Positions 46,457-55,288 of a DNA stretch of 64,000 nt are shown here, one piece after another; position 1 is the stretch's first letter, and each line of letters opens with the position of its first letter. The translations under genes and the position numbers were made by a program. The notes beneath the pieces were generated by a model. That model had not been told where the DNA came from and did no database searches. It saw nothing but the letters and a program-made list of their open reading frames with translations. Origin of the DNA: a virus; the IMG/VR virus record IMGVR_UViG_3300044946_000175, positions 32,001 through 96,000 of that record. The stretch is one strand, 5' to 3'.

Positions 46457-47935
46457 ATGTACCTAACTACTCTTGATGCTCGTCGTTTGTTTGCTGAGGG
46501 AAACCTTGTGCTATCGGCCATGTCGCGATGCGGCATGCGCGTGGATCACGGCTATCTGCAAACCGTAACCAAACTGGCCGACGACAAGATACGAGAGCAT
46601 GAGGCTGAAGTGCGCGTATGCCCGGCATACAAGGACTGGCAGCGACTCTATGGCGAAAAGACCAACCTTGCCGCTCCAGCACAATTAGCCCGACTCATCT
46701 TTAAAGAATACGGTCACACCTACAAGCCGGTCATCTTTACCGACTCGGAAGAGCGAGAGTCGGCAAGCGAAAAGGCATTGGAGCACGTCGATCATCCACT
46801 CGTGAAGGCGTATTTTCGCGCCAGCAAATTTCGAAGACTACGCGGGACTTACTTGGGTGGAATTCAGCGGGAGATGGTAGAGCATTCTCCTGGGATCTGG
46901 CTCATCCATCCATCATTCAACCTGAACACAGTCAAAACATTCAGAAGCTCATGCAATCGCCCGAACGTTCAAAATCAGTACAAACGTGACCCAGAATTCA
47001 TGGAACTGATGCGTCGAGTGTTCATTCCGAGACCTGGACGACAGAATATTGAAATTGATTATTGGTCAAACGAAGTTGCTATGGCCGCTCGGTACACATT
47101 AGATCCAAACGCCGTGGCGGAGTGCAACGATCCGACCAAAGATCCCCATCGCGATACTGCCTGCAAACTGTTCTTTTTGAAACCACACGAAGTGACCAAG
47201 ACTGTGCGGAACATTGCTAAGTCTCCGTTCGTGTTTGCTCAGTTTTACGGTGACTACTATGTAAACTGCGCCGTCAATATCTGGCACGAATTACAGGATG
47301 TAAAGAACGTCATGGTGAAGGATTCAACCGAAACCATTCTGGACCGACTGGCAAAGAACGGTATCACGAGGCGGGGGTTGTGCAGCCCCAAAGAAAGGCC
47401 AACTCCGGGAACATTTGAAGCACACGTCAAGAGTGTAGAAGATTGGTACTGGAATGATAAATATCGAGTTCATGCGGCTTGGAAAGATTCGTGGTGGAAC
47501 AGATACCAAGAAACTGGTGGTTTCATCACCAAGGTCGGCTTCGCGGTCAACGATGTGCGGGTGAGAAATGAAGTCATCAACTGTCCTATTCAATGCGATG
47601 CTTTCCAACTCCTGCTCTGGTCTTTAATCCGGAAAGCCAAGCTGATTCGTAAGTATAAGATGGATGTACTATTGATAGACGAAGTGCATGATTCTGATAA
47701 CGCTGAAGTTTATCCGAATGATAGAGAGAACTACATTGAGATGGCCAGAAAGGTCATGACTGAGGACATCGTAAAGGCATGGCCCTGGCTTGAAGTTGTA
47801 AAACCAAGAGTTGAAATAGAAGCATGTCCAATAGATAGTGCATGGGCGGACAAGATGGAACTGATCCGAAGTGGTGATGTGTGGCAGCCGAAAGACATCA
47901 CAAAATGGAAGGAGAATTTCGGACTGTGGGTATGA
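46457..47935 (+). CDS. polA: Family A DNA polymerase, polymerase domain
   Basis: T.RSS...PN.QN, motif A EIDY...E, motif B R..AK.PFVF..FYG, N.PIQ, motif C EVHDS. Confidence 0.9.
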   Translation: MYLTTLDARRLFAEGNLVLSAMSRCGMRVDHGYLQTVTKLADDKIREHEAEVRVCPAYKDWQRLYGEKTNLAAPAQLARLIFKEYGHTYKPVIFTDSEERESASEKALEHVDHPLVKAYFRASKFRRLRGTYLGGIQREMVEHSPGIWLIHPSFNLNTVKTFRSSCNRPNVQNQYKRDPEFMELMRRVFIPRPGRQNIEIDYWSNEVAMAARYTLDPNAVAECNDPTKDPHRDTACKLFFLKPHEVTKTVRNIAKSPFVFAQFYGDYYVNCAVNIWHELQDVKNVMVKDSTETILDRLAKNGITRRGLCSPKERPTPGTFEAHVKSVEDWYWNDKYRVHAAWKDSWWNRYQETGGFITKVGFAVNDVRVRNEVINCPIQCDAFQLLLWSLIRKAKLIRKYKMDVLLIDEVHDSDNAEVYPNDRENYIEMARKVMTEDIVKAWPWLEVVKPRVEIEACPIDSAWADKMELIRSGDVWQPKDITKWKENFGLWV

Positions 47936-47956
47936 AAACAGGCGATATAGTAATTA
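47933..47956 (+). repeat. 24-bp direct repeat, copy 1 (contains the class-2 promoter motif)
   Basis: TGAAAACAGGCGATATAGTAATTA; one mismatch to 50314-50337. Confidence 0.85.
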
Positions 47957-47957
47957 C

Positions 47958-49427
47958 ATGGCAAAATTGTTCTTAGATTTGAATTCGATAGATGGGTATA
48001 AGACATTCCTCAAGGTGAAGTCTCTGCCTCTTTATCGTTTCGTGGGTCGAGAAGCGTGGTTTCCTGACGAGTATGCCGGTGAGTTGGGATTGAGTGCCGA
48101 AAAGGCAAAAGAAAAGAAATATTCCCCTTCCAGTTCATTATTTGACTATCAGGAAGGAATTAGCCGAATCGCGATCCGTAAGCGGAAGTTCAGCGTGTTT
48201 GCTGATTGTGGATTAGGCAAAACTTTGATTGCCTTTGAATTAGTTAAACATGCTCTTTCGTGCATGGGACAGGATCGGGCAGCGCTTATTATTTCGCCTT
48301 CGATGGTCATTGACCAGACCATTTCGGAATTGATGCGGTTTTATGGCAAGGAACTGCCTATTGAGAGGGTTCGAGCGGCTGGTCTGAAGTCGTGGATGCA
48401 TTTCGGAAAATGTCGTCTGGGAATTACGAACTGGGAGGCTCTTTCTGACGAGATTACTGGTCCAGGAAGAGTTGATTGTGTAGTAGCAGACGAATCGAGT
48501 TATCTGAAATCCCAATACGGTAAGTGGGGGACCCGGTTGATTCATTTAGGTCGTGGACTGACGTGGAAACTGTGTTTGACTGGTACACCTGCACCGAACG
48601 ACCGGATCGAATATGCGAATCATGCGGTTTTTATGGATCGTTTTCCCAATGTGAATAGCTTTCTGAGTAAATACTTCATCAATCGTGGCGAGACTCAGAA
48701 CCGATGGGAACTCAAACCGCACGCTCTTCACTCGTTCTATCGCTCATTGTCCCACTGGTGCATCTTCCTGACAAATCCTTCTGTTTACGGATGGAAGGAC
48801 AACACCAAACCGCTGCCGTCCATTGATGTGAAGTATTTAAACGTACCATTGACAGACGCGCAGTGGGAGAAGGCGATAGAAGTGACGAGTAACATTATGG
48901 GTATTCCAGGCGGGATTGGAGAACGAAGCAAGGTCGCGCAAATCGCAAAATCCAGCGCCGGATATAAGCCGAAGTTCATTGCCGATCTAGCCAGAGCGTC
49001 GGACGCGGGAACCATAATCTGGTGTAAGTACAATGAGGAGCAGGACGAACTCTATCGCTTGCTGCCGGAAGCGGCCAATATCAGTGGAGACACACCTGAA
49101 AACCGTCGAATCGAACTAATTCGCGAGTTCAAGCAAGGTACGAAAAAAATTATCCTCACAAAAGACAAGATACTCGGGTATGGCCTGAACCTTCAGATGT
49201 GTCATCGGATGATCTTCTCGACGCTCATGGACTCAGCAGAGGGTTACTATCAGTGCATCAAGAGAGCCAATCGATATGGGTCGGTACATCCCCTCGAAGT
49301 GTTGATACCGGCGACCGACATCGAACTGACTATGGTCAACAATGTATTTCGTAAGTTGGAGAGGATGGAGCAGGACAACAGAGAGCAAGAGAAAATCTTC
49401 AGGCAGGAATCGATAGGGTTAATGTAG
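47958..49427 (+). CDS. SNF2/DEAD-like helicase
   Basis: LFDYQ, ADCGLGKT, DESS, TGTPAPND, GYGLNLQ, Q..KR..RYG. Confidence 0.9.
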   Translation: MAKLFLDLNSIDGYKTFLKVKSLPLYRFVGREAWFPDEYAGELGLSAEKAKEKKYSPSSSLFDYQEGISRIAIRKRKFSVFADCGLGKTLIAFELVKHALSCMGQDRAALIISPSMVIDQTISELMRFYGKELPIERVRAAGLKSWMHFGKCRLGITNWEALSDEITGPGRVDCVVADESSYLKSQYGKWGTRLIHLGRGLTWKLCLTGTPAPNDRIEYANHAVFMDRFPNVNSFLSKYFINRGETQNRWELKPHALHSFYRSLSHWCIFLTNPSVYGWKDNTKPLPSIDVKYLNVPLTDAQWEKAIEVTSNIMGIPGGIGERSKVAQIAKSSAGYKPKFIADLARASDAGTIIWCKYNEEQDELYRLLPEAANISGDTPENRRIELIREFKQGTKKIILTKDKILGYGLNLQMCHRMIFSTLMDSAEGYYQCIKRANRYGSVHPLEVLIPATDIELTMVNNVFRKLERMEQDNREQEKIFRQESIGLM

Positions 49428-49436
49428 AAAGGAATT

Positions 49437-50306
49437 TTGATGTTGCTTAAAGATGGAGAGAATTGGAGAGTCGTTCACGGAGACTCGATTATTCATATGG
49501 CAGAGATGCCTATAGAATCAGTCGATTTTTCGATATTTTCTCCACCGTTCCCCGCGCTATACTCGTATACCGATTTGACTAACGACATAGGAAATTCAGA
49601 AGACAAAACAGAAACTCGTCTCCATCTGTCTTTTTTCTATCGTCAGCTTGCGAGGATCGTCAAGCCAGGTCGGGTGATTATGGTTCACATCATGCAGATT
49701 GCTCGTATGAAGCGAACCGGCGAAGTCGGTTTATTTGACTTTCGTGGTTTGAATATCCGATTGGGAGAGCGGGCTGGTTTGGTTTATGAGTACGACTGGA
49801 TGGTCCGTCGCAATCCACAGAGTCAGGCTATCAGGACTCGCTCGCGAGAATTGCAATTTGCTGGTTTGGAATCTGATCGCGCTAAGTCTCGTGGTACGCT
49901 ATGTGACTACCTCATCAAGTTTCGAGTTCCTGGGGAGAATACCGTTCCGGTGGATTCAGAGAATGACGTTTCGCGCAATGATTGGATTCAGTGGGCTGAG
50001 GGCAGTTGGGCAAACATCAAAGAAACAGATACACTCAACGTTCAAGGAAGTAAAGGAAAGAATGACACCCGTCATGTGTGCCCGCTTCAGCTTCAGATAA
50101 TTAATAGGCTGGTGCGACTCTACACCAATCCAAAAGAGATCGTCTTCTCACCATTTGCAGGGATCGGCTCTGAACTTGTGATGGCTTTGAGATTGGGACG
50201 CCGGGCTTATGGAATTGAACTGAAGGACGAATACTACCGAAAGTGCGTCGAGAACTGCGAAATGTCAGGTAAAGAATCGCAAATAGAAGAGAATTTATTT
50301 TGGTGA
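49437..50306 (+). CDS. DNA methyltransferase (N4/N6, beta class)
   Basis: GDS...SVD.SIFSPPF, HVCPLQL, VFSPFAGIGSE, GIELK..Y. Confidence 0.9.
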   Translation: MMLLKDGENWRVVHGDSIIHMAEMPIESVDFSIFSPPFPALYSYTDLTNDIGNSEDKTETRLHLSFFYRQLARIVKPGRVIMVHIMQIARMKRTGEVGLFDFRGLNIRLGERAGLVYEYDWMVRRNPQSQAIRTRSRELQFAGLESDRAKSRGTLCDYLIKFRVPGENTVPVDSENDVSRNDWIQWAEGSWANIKETDTLNVQGSKGKNDTRHVCPLQLQIINRLVRLYTNPKEIVFSPFAGIGSELVMALRLGRRAYGIELKDEYYRKCVENCEMSGKESQIEENLFW

Positions 50307-50313
50307 GTCTGTG

Positions 50314-50337
50314 TGAAAACAGGCGATACAGTAATTA
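50314..50337 (+). repeat. 24-bp direct repeat, copy 2
   Basis: TGAAAACAGGCGATACAGTAATTA. Confidence 0.85.
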
Positions 50338-50422
50338 AGAGAACATGGCAGGAGGGGCATCTAAAGGGGTTCGTTTAGAATCGCACGGTGTCTCTTCTGT
50401 CTTGTGTTTTGAGAAAAAGCAA

Positions 50423-50653
50423 ATGACTGACGCGGAACGTGATAGGTACATGGCAAAGATTGCTAACAGTGCTGAGAGACTGGCGGCATTGTTACGACAT
50501 CAAGAGCCTGGACTTCTTTCGTGGGCTTCTGATGTCAGGCGGCATGCTGAGATTGTGGCAAATTGGTGGAACGGAGAGAAGGCAAATCCGGAACCCGTCG
50601 ATAGGTGTGGGGACTGTGGCGCGGTGATGCCCTGTGTTTGTAGACCGACGTGA
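50423..50653 (+). CDS. Hypothetical protein
   Basis: EPGLLSW motif, C-terminal CGDC..C.C; start may be 50345. Confidence 0.55.
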   Translation: MTDAERDRYMAKIANSAERLAALLRHQEPGLLSWASDVRRHAEIVANWWNGEKANPEPVDRCGDCGAVMPCVCRPT

Positions 50654-50667
50654 AAGGAAAAGACAAA

Positions 50668-51621
50668 ATGGCTGATTGTCTTTACACAAAACATCGTCCG
50701 AAGACTATTAATGATCTTGCAGGACAAGAGGATATAGTTAAAATCATTCGCGGCTACGGACAGAAAATCCCGAATGCGATCATTGCCATTGGCGGAAGCG
50801 GAACGGGGAAAACTTCGACCCTTCGCATTTTGTCGCGGATGGTTGGCGTGGACCCTGAGACGAACGCAACGGACTATCAAGAGATCAATTGTGGGGACGT
50901 AAAATCTCCGCTCGACACGATCCAGGAAATTCGGCAAGGAATGACGCTGACGGGGCTGCAAGGTCACAATAGAGTCTATTTATTAGACGAACTTCAGGCT
51001 TTTAGCCGCTCGCGATTCAGTATGGAAGCTATGCTGAAGACAATCGAGGATGGTCCCAATCATACCTTCTTCTTTTTAGGGACTACTGATCCGCAGAAGA
51101 TTCTCAAAACCATTCTGAATCGTTGCCACAAACTTACCTTCAAAGCCATTCCGGACGGAGCCTTGACCGATCTGATCAAGCGAGTAGCCAAGGCCGAAAA
51201 CCTGGATCTGGAAGAACGACTCATAGACAAGATAGTAGACGCTTCGGCGGGATCGGCGCGGACGGCACTGGTAGAGCTTGAGAAGATCGCCGGATTGGAA
51301 CCAAAGGACCGCATGGCAGCGGTGGGCCGGGCTGGTGCCGAAAAGGGCGGTTACGATCTGGCGAAGGAACTTTTGCCTTTTCAGGGACAGGCTAATTGGG
51401 CTGCAATCGCATCTCTCCTGGAAGATGTGAAAGACGAGGACAGCGAGTCCATTCGGCTGATTGTGTTAGGACTGGCACGTTCGGCGCTTTTGAAGGGAGG
51501 AAACAATCCTCGTGGTATACTAGCCTCCAGAGTGATTGATCGTTTCGAGTTGAACATGTACGGGAACGACGGTCGGGCGATTTTGGCGAATGCCTGTTAC
51601 AAAGTAGTTTTTGGGAAGTAA
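50668..51621 (+). CDS. dnaX: Clamp loader, DNA pol III gamma/tau-like AAA+ ATPase
   Basis: LY.KHRP....L.GQ, GGSGTGKT, VYLLDE, LKTIED.P, TT.PQK...TI.NRC, GSAR.A. Confidence 0.88.
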   Translation: MADCLYTKHRPKTINDLAGQEDIVKIIRGYGQKIPNAIIAIGGSGTGKTSTLRILSRMVGVDPETNATDYQEINCGDVKSPLDTIQEIRQGMTLTGLQGHNRVYLLDELQAFSRSRFSMEAMLKTIEDGPNHTFFFLGTTDPQKILKTILNRCHKLTFKAIPDGALTDLIKRVAKAENLDLEERLIDKIVDASAGSARTALVELEKIAGLEPKDRMAAVGRAGAEKGGYDLAKELLPFQGQANWAAIASLLEDVKDEDSESIRLIVLGLARSALLKGGNNPRGILASRVIDRFELNMYGNDGRAILANACYKVVFGK

Positions 51622-51631
51622 AAGGTGTAGC

Positions 51632-51955
51632 GTGACTAAACCAATTGAGGAACACGAAGGCAAGAAGTACCTTCGTCTTATCTGGCCGTGCGGGAAGGAT
51701 GTTGTTTGCGATCCAAAAACTAATCAACTGGGGATATATGTCGATGTATACGCTGTCATTGAGGCATTTGGTGTGACATGTCCGGCGCGTCAGCACGCAC
51801 TCAAAAAATTGCTGTGCTGTGGCAATAGAAATAAAGGAACAGAATTGGCCGATTTGGTTGGAGTTGAGGCAGCGGTTGCGAGAGCGATTCAGTTACAGAA
51901 TCAGCGAGATCGAGATAAAGAACAGGCAATCAAAGTTGCAGAAAAGAAGAAGTAA
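51632..51955 (+). CDS. Conserved phage protein (DVY.V..AF.V..PA.QHALKKLL..G.R family)
   Basis: Motif recognised from phage replication regions. Confidence 0.7.
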   Translation: MTKPIEEHEGKKYLRLIWPCGKDVVCDPKTNQLGIYVDVYAVIEAFGVTCPARQHALKKLLCCGNRNKGTELADLVGVEAAVARAIQLQNQRDRDKEQAIKVAEKKK

Positions 51956-51958
51956 CTC

Positions 51959-52195
51959 ATGCGTCAATTCATCATCGGTGATCGTGTCGCTCTCTCTGTG
52001 CAGTTCCTCAAGTCAATCGGTGAGACACCGACTGGCGAGATGTGTCGCTGGCGCGGCGTGGTGCAGGAAGAGAATATACTTGGCAAATTACGCATCCTGA
52101 AAGTGTTATGGGATCACGATCCTGAATACGCATTGGTTAATGAGGCAAACTTGGCGCTGGTGGGACCGAATTCGAGGTTTGCTAATTGCGAGTAA
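51959..52195 (+). CDS. Small SH3-like protein
   Basis: F.IGDRV.LS..FLKS......RG.V....V.WD....V...NL. Confidence 0.65.
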   Translation: MRQFIIGDRVALSVQFLKSIGETPTGEMCRWRGVVQEENILGKLRILKVLWDHDPEYALVNEANLALVGPNSRFANCE

Positions 52196-52205
52196 AAGGC
52201 AAAAC

Positions 52206-52586
52206 ATGAACGTTCTTGACATTTCAAAAGTGTCGATTCAAAACCGGCCAGTGGTGATCGGTGTGCCTCGTTCGTTTTATGTGGAATATTATGGTAAGGT
52301 GATATCGACCGGTCGTTTATTCATCGTAGTGCGGCCACGAGAGAACTGGGAATATACCGACTTTGCCGTACTGCTCGATGTCAGTACCGACGGAAACGGC
52401 GACCATTTTACGTCTTTGGGCGTGACGCAGACGACCAGGTATCGAGACGGAGGAACTACCGACATCGAGACGAAGCAAGGCAACTGGCATTTTCCGAGTC
52501 CATTCAATCGAAACGATAAGGCGACTTTCGATGGTGAGGAATTGGAGGTATACGATCCAGAACGGACGAGGGAGTTGCTGATATGA
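52206..52586 (+). CDS. Hypothetical protein
   Basis: AAAAGGCAAAAC-ATG; R.RDGGTT.I motif. Confidence 0.65.
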   Translation: MNVLDISKVSIQNRPVVIGVPRSFYVEYYGKVISTGRLFIVVRPRENWEYTDFAVLLDVSTDGNGDHFTSLGVTQTTRYRDGGTTDIETKQGNWHFPSPFNRNDKATFDGEELEVYDPERTRELLI

Positions 52587-52768
52587 GTCGCGGCGAAAAA
52601 CTGACTGAGGCGATCAAGTGTGTACTGGCCAGTCGCATCACATCTCCGTCAGTGAAGAAGGCGGCGGAACTGCTTGAGGAATTATTCCCGCTGAACTATT
52701 CAGAGGCTCTTCTCAGCCTTAAAGGACAAAAGCGGAACAAGTTAGACACATCTCCGAAAAGCGAATAG
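52583..52768 (+). CDS. Hypothetical protein
   Basis: Coupled ORF. Confidence 0.55.
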   Translation: MSRGEKLTEAIKCVLASRITSPSVKKAAELLEELFPLNYSEALLSLKGQKRNKLDTSPKSE

Positions 52769-52785
52769 AATCTACACCACGTCAA

Positions 52786-52890
52786 AAGAAAAGAACCAGG
52801 AGATTGGCTCCTGGCTCTTTCTCTTGTTTCGGCCCTTAGTCTCCTACTTGACAGGAGAGCATCGGCCTAGTCCTCCTACATCACAGGAGT
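52786..52890 (+). promoter_or_regulatory. Three hairpins in the initiator leader; the last occludes the AGGAG RBS
   Basis: ..CCAGGAG-ATTGG-CTCCTGG..; CTCCT-N7-AGGAG twice. Confidence 0.55.
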
Positions 52891-52894
52891 CCAT

Positions 52895-54151
52895 GTGAGC
52901 AATTCTAATCCGCTTTGCCTTTTCGATCAACCCAATCCAGAAAAAGAATTTACTCAAGAAGAACTCCACGAGATACGAGGCAGCGGTATCGACTGGGAAC
53001 CGAAAATACAATTTTCTTTTTCGTCTTTGAGGCAGAACGAAGAATTGCAAAATATGATCCAAACAATCCGAGACGGTGGGAACTGGTTTATGGTGCCTCG
53101 ATGCTTCACCAAGATCATGTCCATCGAAGCGTCTTTTGTCCTTGGATCTCTTATCAATCTCGGAGCAAATAAATCGACCAAAGAAGGGTGGATTGTCTGC
53201 ACTCGCGAATTCTTGAAAGATGAACTTAACATCACAAAGCATACCCAAAATCGTATATTCAAGGAGCTACAAAGACTCGGACTCATCAGTATTCGAATGG
53301 ACAAAGCACACCACTTTCGTCTAATTCACATCGACGTTTTGAAGATATTCGAGCGACTGGAGGAGTTAGGCTTGGCCGTAATAGAGGACGAGGCTCGTCC
53401 GCAAACCAGGATGAGCTTGGCCGCAAACGCGGACGAGGCGGCTACGAATTCGACCATCGAAGCAGATAACCTCGTCCGCAAACCAGGACGAGCTAACGAC
53501 CACCACGACCGCAAACCCGGACGAGGCTCGTCCGCAAACCAGGACGAGCTAACGACCACCACGACCGCAAACCCGGACGAGGCTCGTCCGCAAACGCGGC
53601 CACTATTAAGTATAAGGGAAGAAGTAAAAAATGAAGAAAAAGGAAAAGGAGGAGGAAAAGTCGCTCCTTCTCCTTCATCTTTTTCTCATCTTTCTGACAA
53701 ACCTAAACAGCCCGCATCCAACGATCCGTCCAGCGAAGAAGCAGAGAAGAGGAAGGAGGCTTCGCCCTCCTCTCTCTCGTCTCTTTCAGAGCTTGCCTCT
53801 CGTATGTCTGAGATACGTCAGCGCTTTGGTATACCCGAACCACTCGATATGGATTGGAACTCGATTGTAGCCAAACTGGACAGGGCAGCGGCCAAACGAC
53901 CTGACTTGTTTGCGCTACCCGAGGAAGTAGAAACCTCGACTCCTCCTCTTACGGCCAAACAAATGTGGGATATGTTACCAAACACAAAATACCTGGAGAC
54001 TGGCGAGTTACCGGAAGAAGAGCAAATGCCCGAACCCGAATATGGTCCACCGCGTTATCAGAAGAAAGAGAGACCGTACGTTGATGTGGATGGGATCGTG
54101 GGGAAGGTATTCAAGAAGAACGGAGAACTCCGTCACCCCAAGAGGGAATAA
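52895..54151 (+). CDS. Replication initiator-like protein (winged helix) containing the putative origin
   Basis: W...TRE.L.DEL.IT...Q.R..KEL..LGLI wHTH, then an iteron-rich low-complexity segment. Confidence 0.7.
   Translation: MSNSNPLCLFDQPNPEKEFTQEELHEIRGSGIDWEPKIQFSFSSLRQNEELQNMIQTIRDGGNWFMVPRCFTKIMSIEASFVLGSLINLGANKSTKEGWIVCTREFLKDELNITKHTQNRIFKELQRLGLISIRMDKAHHFRLIHIDVLKIFERLEELGLAVIEDEARPQTRMSLAANADEAATNSTIEADNLVRKPGRANDHHDRKPGRGSSANQDELTTTTTANPDEARPQTRPLLSIREEVKNEEKGKGGGKVAPSPSSFSHLSDKPKQPASNDPSSEEAEKRKEASPSSLSSLSELASRMSEIRQRFGIPEPLDMDWNSIVAKLDRAAAKRPDLFALPEEVETSTPPLTAKQMWDMLPNTKYLETGELPEEEQMPEPEYGPPRYQKKERPYVDVDGIVGKVFKKNGELRHPKRE
53386..53600. repeat. Iteron-like array (7x CCGCAAAC; exact 56-bp tandem duplication), putative replication origin
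   Basis: CTCGTCCGCAAAC at 53471, 53527 and 53583; A-rich tract follows at 53605-53660. Confidence 0.8.
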
Positions 54152-54230
54152 GGTCGATTTCCAAAAAATTCCGCAACCGACACGCCGCATCTCGTCGAAT
54201 CAGGCGATATTGTAAATAAGGGGATTGGTT

Positions 54231-54719
54231 ATGTCGGAACGTCATCCACTCGACATTGGCGAGAATTTGTGGGAGGAATGGAAGCGGCAGCAATCTTTGA
54301 CGCGAGCAGCAGGACGAGCGAAGGCCGATGCCAAGCATGCTTTGTCTCAGGCCAAGGCGCAGTTGAAGGTGTTGGGCGCGAGGCTCAAACTGAGGATTCG
54401 TACCGACCCAAAAGAATTCGGCCTCGATAAGATCACCGAAGATGCAGTGAAGAGCGCGATGGAAGTGAGTGGCGAATATCGCGAGATGGAGGCCAAGATT
54501 CGTCGCTTGGAGTGGGAAGAGGATATCTGTTCGGTGGAAGTATCGGCGAACGTGGATCGTCGTAAGGCGCTGGAGAACATGGTGCAATTGCTCTCGATTG
54601 AGTACCATAGCGAACGCGAACCAAGACCGCTCTCGCCTGCTGCCGCCGAAGAGTTGAGGAATCGACAGAAGCGAGTTGTGCGGTCGGTGATCGATGAGCA
54701 TGAAATCGAACGAGATTGA
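54231..54719 (+). CDS. Helical protein, UvsY-like recombination mediator candidate
   Basis: L.IR..P..FGL.KITE.AV......EY; RKALENMV.L; close to SSB. Confidence 0.55.
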   Translation: MSERHPLDIGENLWEEWKRQQSLTRAAGRAKADAKHALSQAKAQLKVLGARLKLRIRTDPKEFGLDKITEDAVKSAMEVSGEYREMEAKIRRLEWEEDICSVEVSANVDRRKALENMVQLLSIEYHSEREPRPLSPAAAEELRNRQKRVVRSVIDEHEIERD

Positions 54720-54909
54720 TTGAAATCCCTTGCAAGGGGTAGTGGGAACTGGCGCGGATGCTCAGGCAGAAGCGAAATACTACTACCAGCCCACGAGGAC
54801 GGGAACTGGCGGTTGGATGGGGACAACAAACCCGGACATCGAAATTACTTACCAGCCCGTCTTTTACTATTTAAACTTTTGCCTTTTAATCCTTGGGGTT
54901 GAAGTGACG

Positions 54910-55224
54910 ATGAAAGCCATACCTGATGTTGTCATTTGTGGCCGAACGGAACAGATAAATGAGATCGGATCGACCGAGGTTTCTGCGCCACTAGGTCAGA
55001 CAGGTTTGTACTCGACAAAAGACGGGTCGCGACATCCCGGCGCTGCGTTTTGGTTGTCTGCTGTGCTTGATCCTGGATTTGATGGATTAAAAGAACCCTG
55101 CGTGGTGCGGTTTGCTGCATTTGAAGGTGATGTTGAGCAAATCAAGAAGCAATTTGGTTTGATAATCGACGAGCTTTATAACAATTCCGGCAATTGGGAG
55201 AATCGGAATTTGATCGAGACTTGA
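54910..55224 (+). CDS. Hypothetical protein
   Basis: Open frame; start uncertain (54730 possible). Confidence 0.5.
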   Translation: MKAIPDVVICGRTEQINEIGSTEVSAPLGQTGLYSTKDGSRHPGAAFWLSAVLDPGFDGLKEPCVVRFAAFEGDVEQIKKQFGLIIDELYNNSGNWENRNLIET

Positions 55225-55288
55225 TCAGCAGTTTACTACTTCACTACTTGAGCTTTTGCCTTTTAACCTTTTTATTTTTGAGGAAAAC

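Noticed and set aside
53386-53600. CRISPR array
   Set aside because: The sequence between repeats is itself duplicated rather than unique spacers, and the array lies inside an ORF; it fits iterons. No CRISPR array was seen elsewhere in the window.
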